Shown here: in pieces, positions 61,977 to 64,000 of the stretch
How the letters are laid out: the number at the start of each line of letters is the position of its first letter
Numbering within the stretch: position 1 is the stretch's first letter
Source of the DNA: Macrostomum hystrix
Taxonomy: Eukaryota > Animalia > Platyhelminthes
NCBI GenBank assembly: GCA_950097015.1
Contig: CATNEN010000038.1
Coordinates: forward strand, 26,412,001 to 26,476,000
Direction: 5' to 3'
DNA: 64,000 nucleotides
Position numbers and translations under genes: made by a program
Notes under the pieces: model-generated
Database searches by the model: none
Seen by the model: the letters and a program-made list of their open reading frames with translations, nothing else
What the model was told of the DNA's origin: nothing

Positions 61977-62339
61977 AATGCTGGACACTCGCTGTGGCTT
62001 TGGCGGAGGCGGTGGTCTGGCGGGCTGCGGCTGCGGCATCGGCTGCGGAGAGCGATCGTCGCTGAGGGTGTCGCATCCGGAATCGTCTGGCAGACTGCCG
62101 CCAGCAAGGAATGGAAAGTCAGAAAGCTGCTGCTGCTGCTGAGTGATGGCCTGAGGCGCTGTGGCAGTTAAAGCGCGTTGCAATTGGGCCCGACGCTCGC
62201 GACAGCGACTAGCGGATCGGGCGGCTGAGTCACGCGCTTCGGTGCCAACAGATGGCACACGGCTGGCCTGATCAAAGGCCACCTCCGCCTGGGCGCACGA
62301 GTACAGCGCCGCGTGGAGATCGTTCCTCTGGCAGGCCGC
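61527..62339 (-). CDS. Terminal exon of a gene extending beyond the window; probably USP53/USP54 (echinus)-like
   Basis: Acceptor cctgccag|62339. MIT-like helix NDLHAALYSCAQAEVAFDQA...SASRCRERRAQLQRAL, poly-Q, RVxF-type KKSVTFCELV, and C-terminal CHMC...CSACQAYIAKF, all resembling the invertebrate USP54/echinus tail as I recall it. No catalytic domain in the window. Confidence 0.55.
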
Positions 62340-62409
62340 CTGGCAGGTGACAATTTGGGGGAGAGGAAGTTGTCATATTTCATGCCATGGTTGAATCTGT
62401 CGTTGAGGA

Positions 62410-64000
62410 GGGCGGATGTGTTGTTGAAGGGGCGGATCTGAGATTGAAGGGAGTGGATCTGTCGCTGAAGGGAGCGGATCAGATATTGAAGGGGCAGATC
62501 TAATATTGAAGGGGCAGATCTAATATTGAAGGGGCAGATCTAATATTGAAGGGGCAGATCAGATATTGAAGGCAGCGGATCTAATATTAAAGGGGCAGAT
62601 CTAATATTGAAGGGGCGGATCAGATATTGAAGGGGCAGATCAGATATTGAAGGGGCAGATCTAATATTAAAGGGGCAGATCTACTATTGAAGGGGCGGAT
62701 CAGATATTGAAGGGGCAGATCAGATATTGAAGTGGCAGATTAGATATTGAAGGGAGCGGATCTAATATTGAAGGGGCGGATCAGATATTGAAGGGGCAGA
62801 TCAGATATTGAAGGGGCAGATCAGATATTGAAGTGGCAGATTAGATATTGAAGGGAGCGGATCTGATATTAAAGGGGCAGATTAGATATTGGAGGGCCAG
62901 ATCAGATATTGAAGGGGCAGATCTAATATTAAAGGGGCAGATCTAATATTGAAGGGGCGGATCAGATATTGAAGGGGCAGATCAGATATTGAAGTGGCAG
63001 ATTAGATATTGAAGGGAGCGGATCTGATATTGAAGGGGCGGATCAGATATTAAAGGGGCAGATCAGATATTGAAGTGGCAGATTAGATATTGAAGGGAGC
63101 GGATCTGATATTGAAGGGGCGGATCAGATATTGAAGGGGCAGATCAGATATTGAAGGGGCAGATCAGATATTGAAGGGGCAGATCTGATATTGAAGGGGC
63201 AGATCTAATATTAAAGGGGCAGATCTAATTTTGAAGGGGCAGATCAGATATTGAAGTGGCAGATCAGATATTGAAGGGGCAGATCAGATATTAAAGGGGC
63301 AGATCTAATTTTGAAGGGGCAGATCAGATATTGAAGGGGCAGATCAGATATTGAAGTGGCAGATTAGATATTGAAGGGGCAGATCAGATATTGAAGGGGC
63401 AGATCAGATATTGAAGGGGCAGATCAGATATTGAAGTGGCAGATTAGATATTGAAGGGGCAGATCAGATATTGAAGTGGCAGATTAGATATTGAAGGGGC
63501 AGATCAGATATTGAAGGGGCAGATCAGATATTGAAGGGGCAGATCTAATATTAAAGGGGCAGATCAGATATTGAAGGGGCGGATCAGATATTGAAGGGGC
63601 GGATCTAATATTGAAGTAGGCGGATCTAATATTGAAGTAGGCGGATCTAATATTGAAGGGGCAGATCAGATATTGAAGGGGCGGATCTAATATTGAAGTA
63701 GGCGGATCTAATATTAAAGTAGGCGGATCTGATATTGAAGGGGCAGATCTAATATTGAAGTAGGCGGATCTAATATTGAAGTAGGCGGATCTAATATTGA
63801 AGTAGGCGGATCTAATATTGAAGGGGCAGATCAGATATTGAAGGGGCAGATCAGATATTGAAGGGGCGGATCTAATATTGAAGTAGGCGGATCTAATATT
63901 GAAGTAGGCGGATCTAATATTGAAGGGGCAGATCAGATATTGAAGGCGGGATCTAATATTGAAGTAGGCGGATCTAATATTGAAGTAGGCGGATCTAATA
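62410..64000. repeat. 20-bp minisatellite in an intron of the USP54-like gene
   Basis: (GATCAGATATTGAAGGGGCA)n, runs off the window. Confidence 0.97.

Overview
Eukaryotic (animal) genomic DNA with GT-AG spliceosomal introns, poly-Q/poly-A-rich coding exons and about 27 different minisatellite arrays. This overall style suggests a free-living flatworm such as Macrostomum (inference, not verified). I reconstructed seven protein genes by hand across splice junctions: the 3' end of geranylgeranyltransferase-I beta (PGGT1B, +); a complete retinoic acid receptor (RAR/NR1B) orthologue with a strongly altered ligand pocket (+); an NPF/NPY neuropeptide precursor (-); a bestrophin (-) whose first intron holds a decayed Mag-like Ty3/gypsy LTR retrotransposon; a FRMD4-like FERM gene (-); an NBR1-like autophagy receptor (+); and the last exon of a probable USP53/54 (echinus)-like gene (-). 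There are also two non-autonomous DNA-transposon families. The main leads are: (1) an RAR lacking the retinoic-acid carboxylate-anchoring Arg, whose first intron is an array of about 45 TREpal-like elements; (2) a window-wide pattern in which short introns are each inflated by a locus-specific minisatellite, with unit lengths clustering at 20 and 32-34 bp and several units carrying transcription-factor motifs; (3) a CpG-depleted domain largely free of long minisatellites, with a methylation-type mutation signature. Most long ORFs in the supplied track are translations of repeats. All coordinates and alignments were made by eye.
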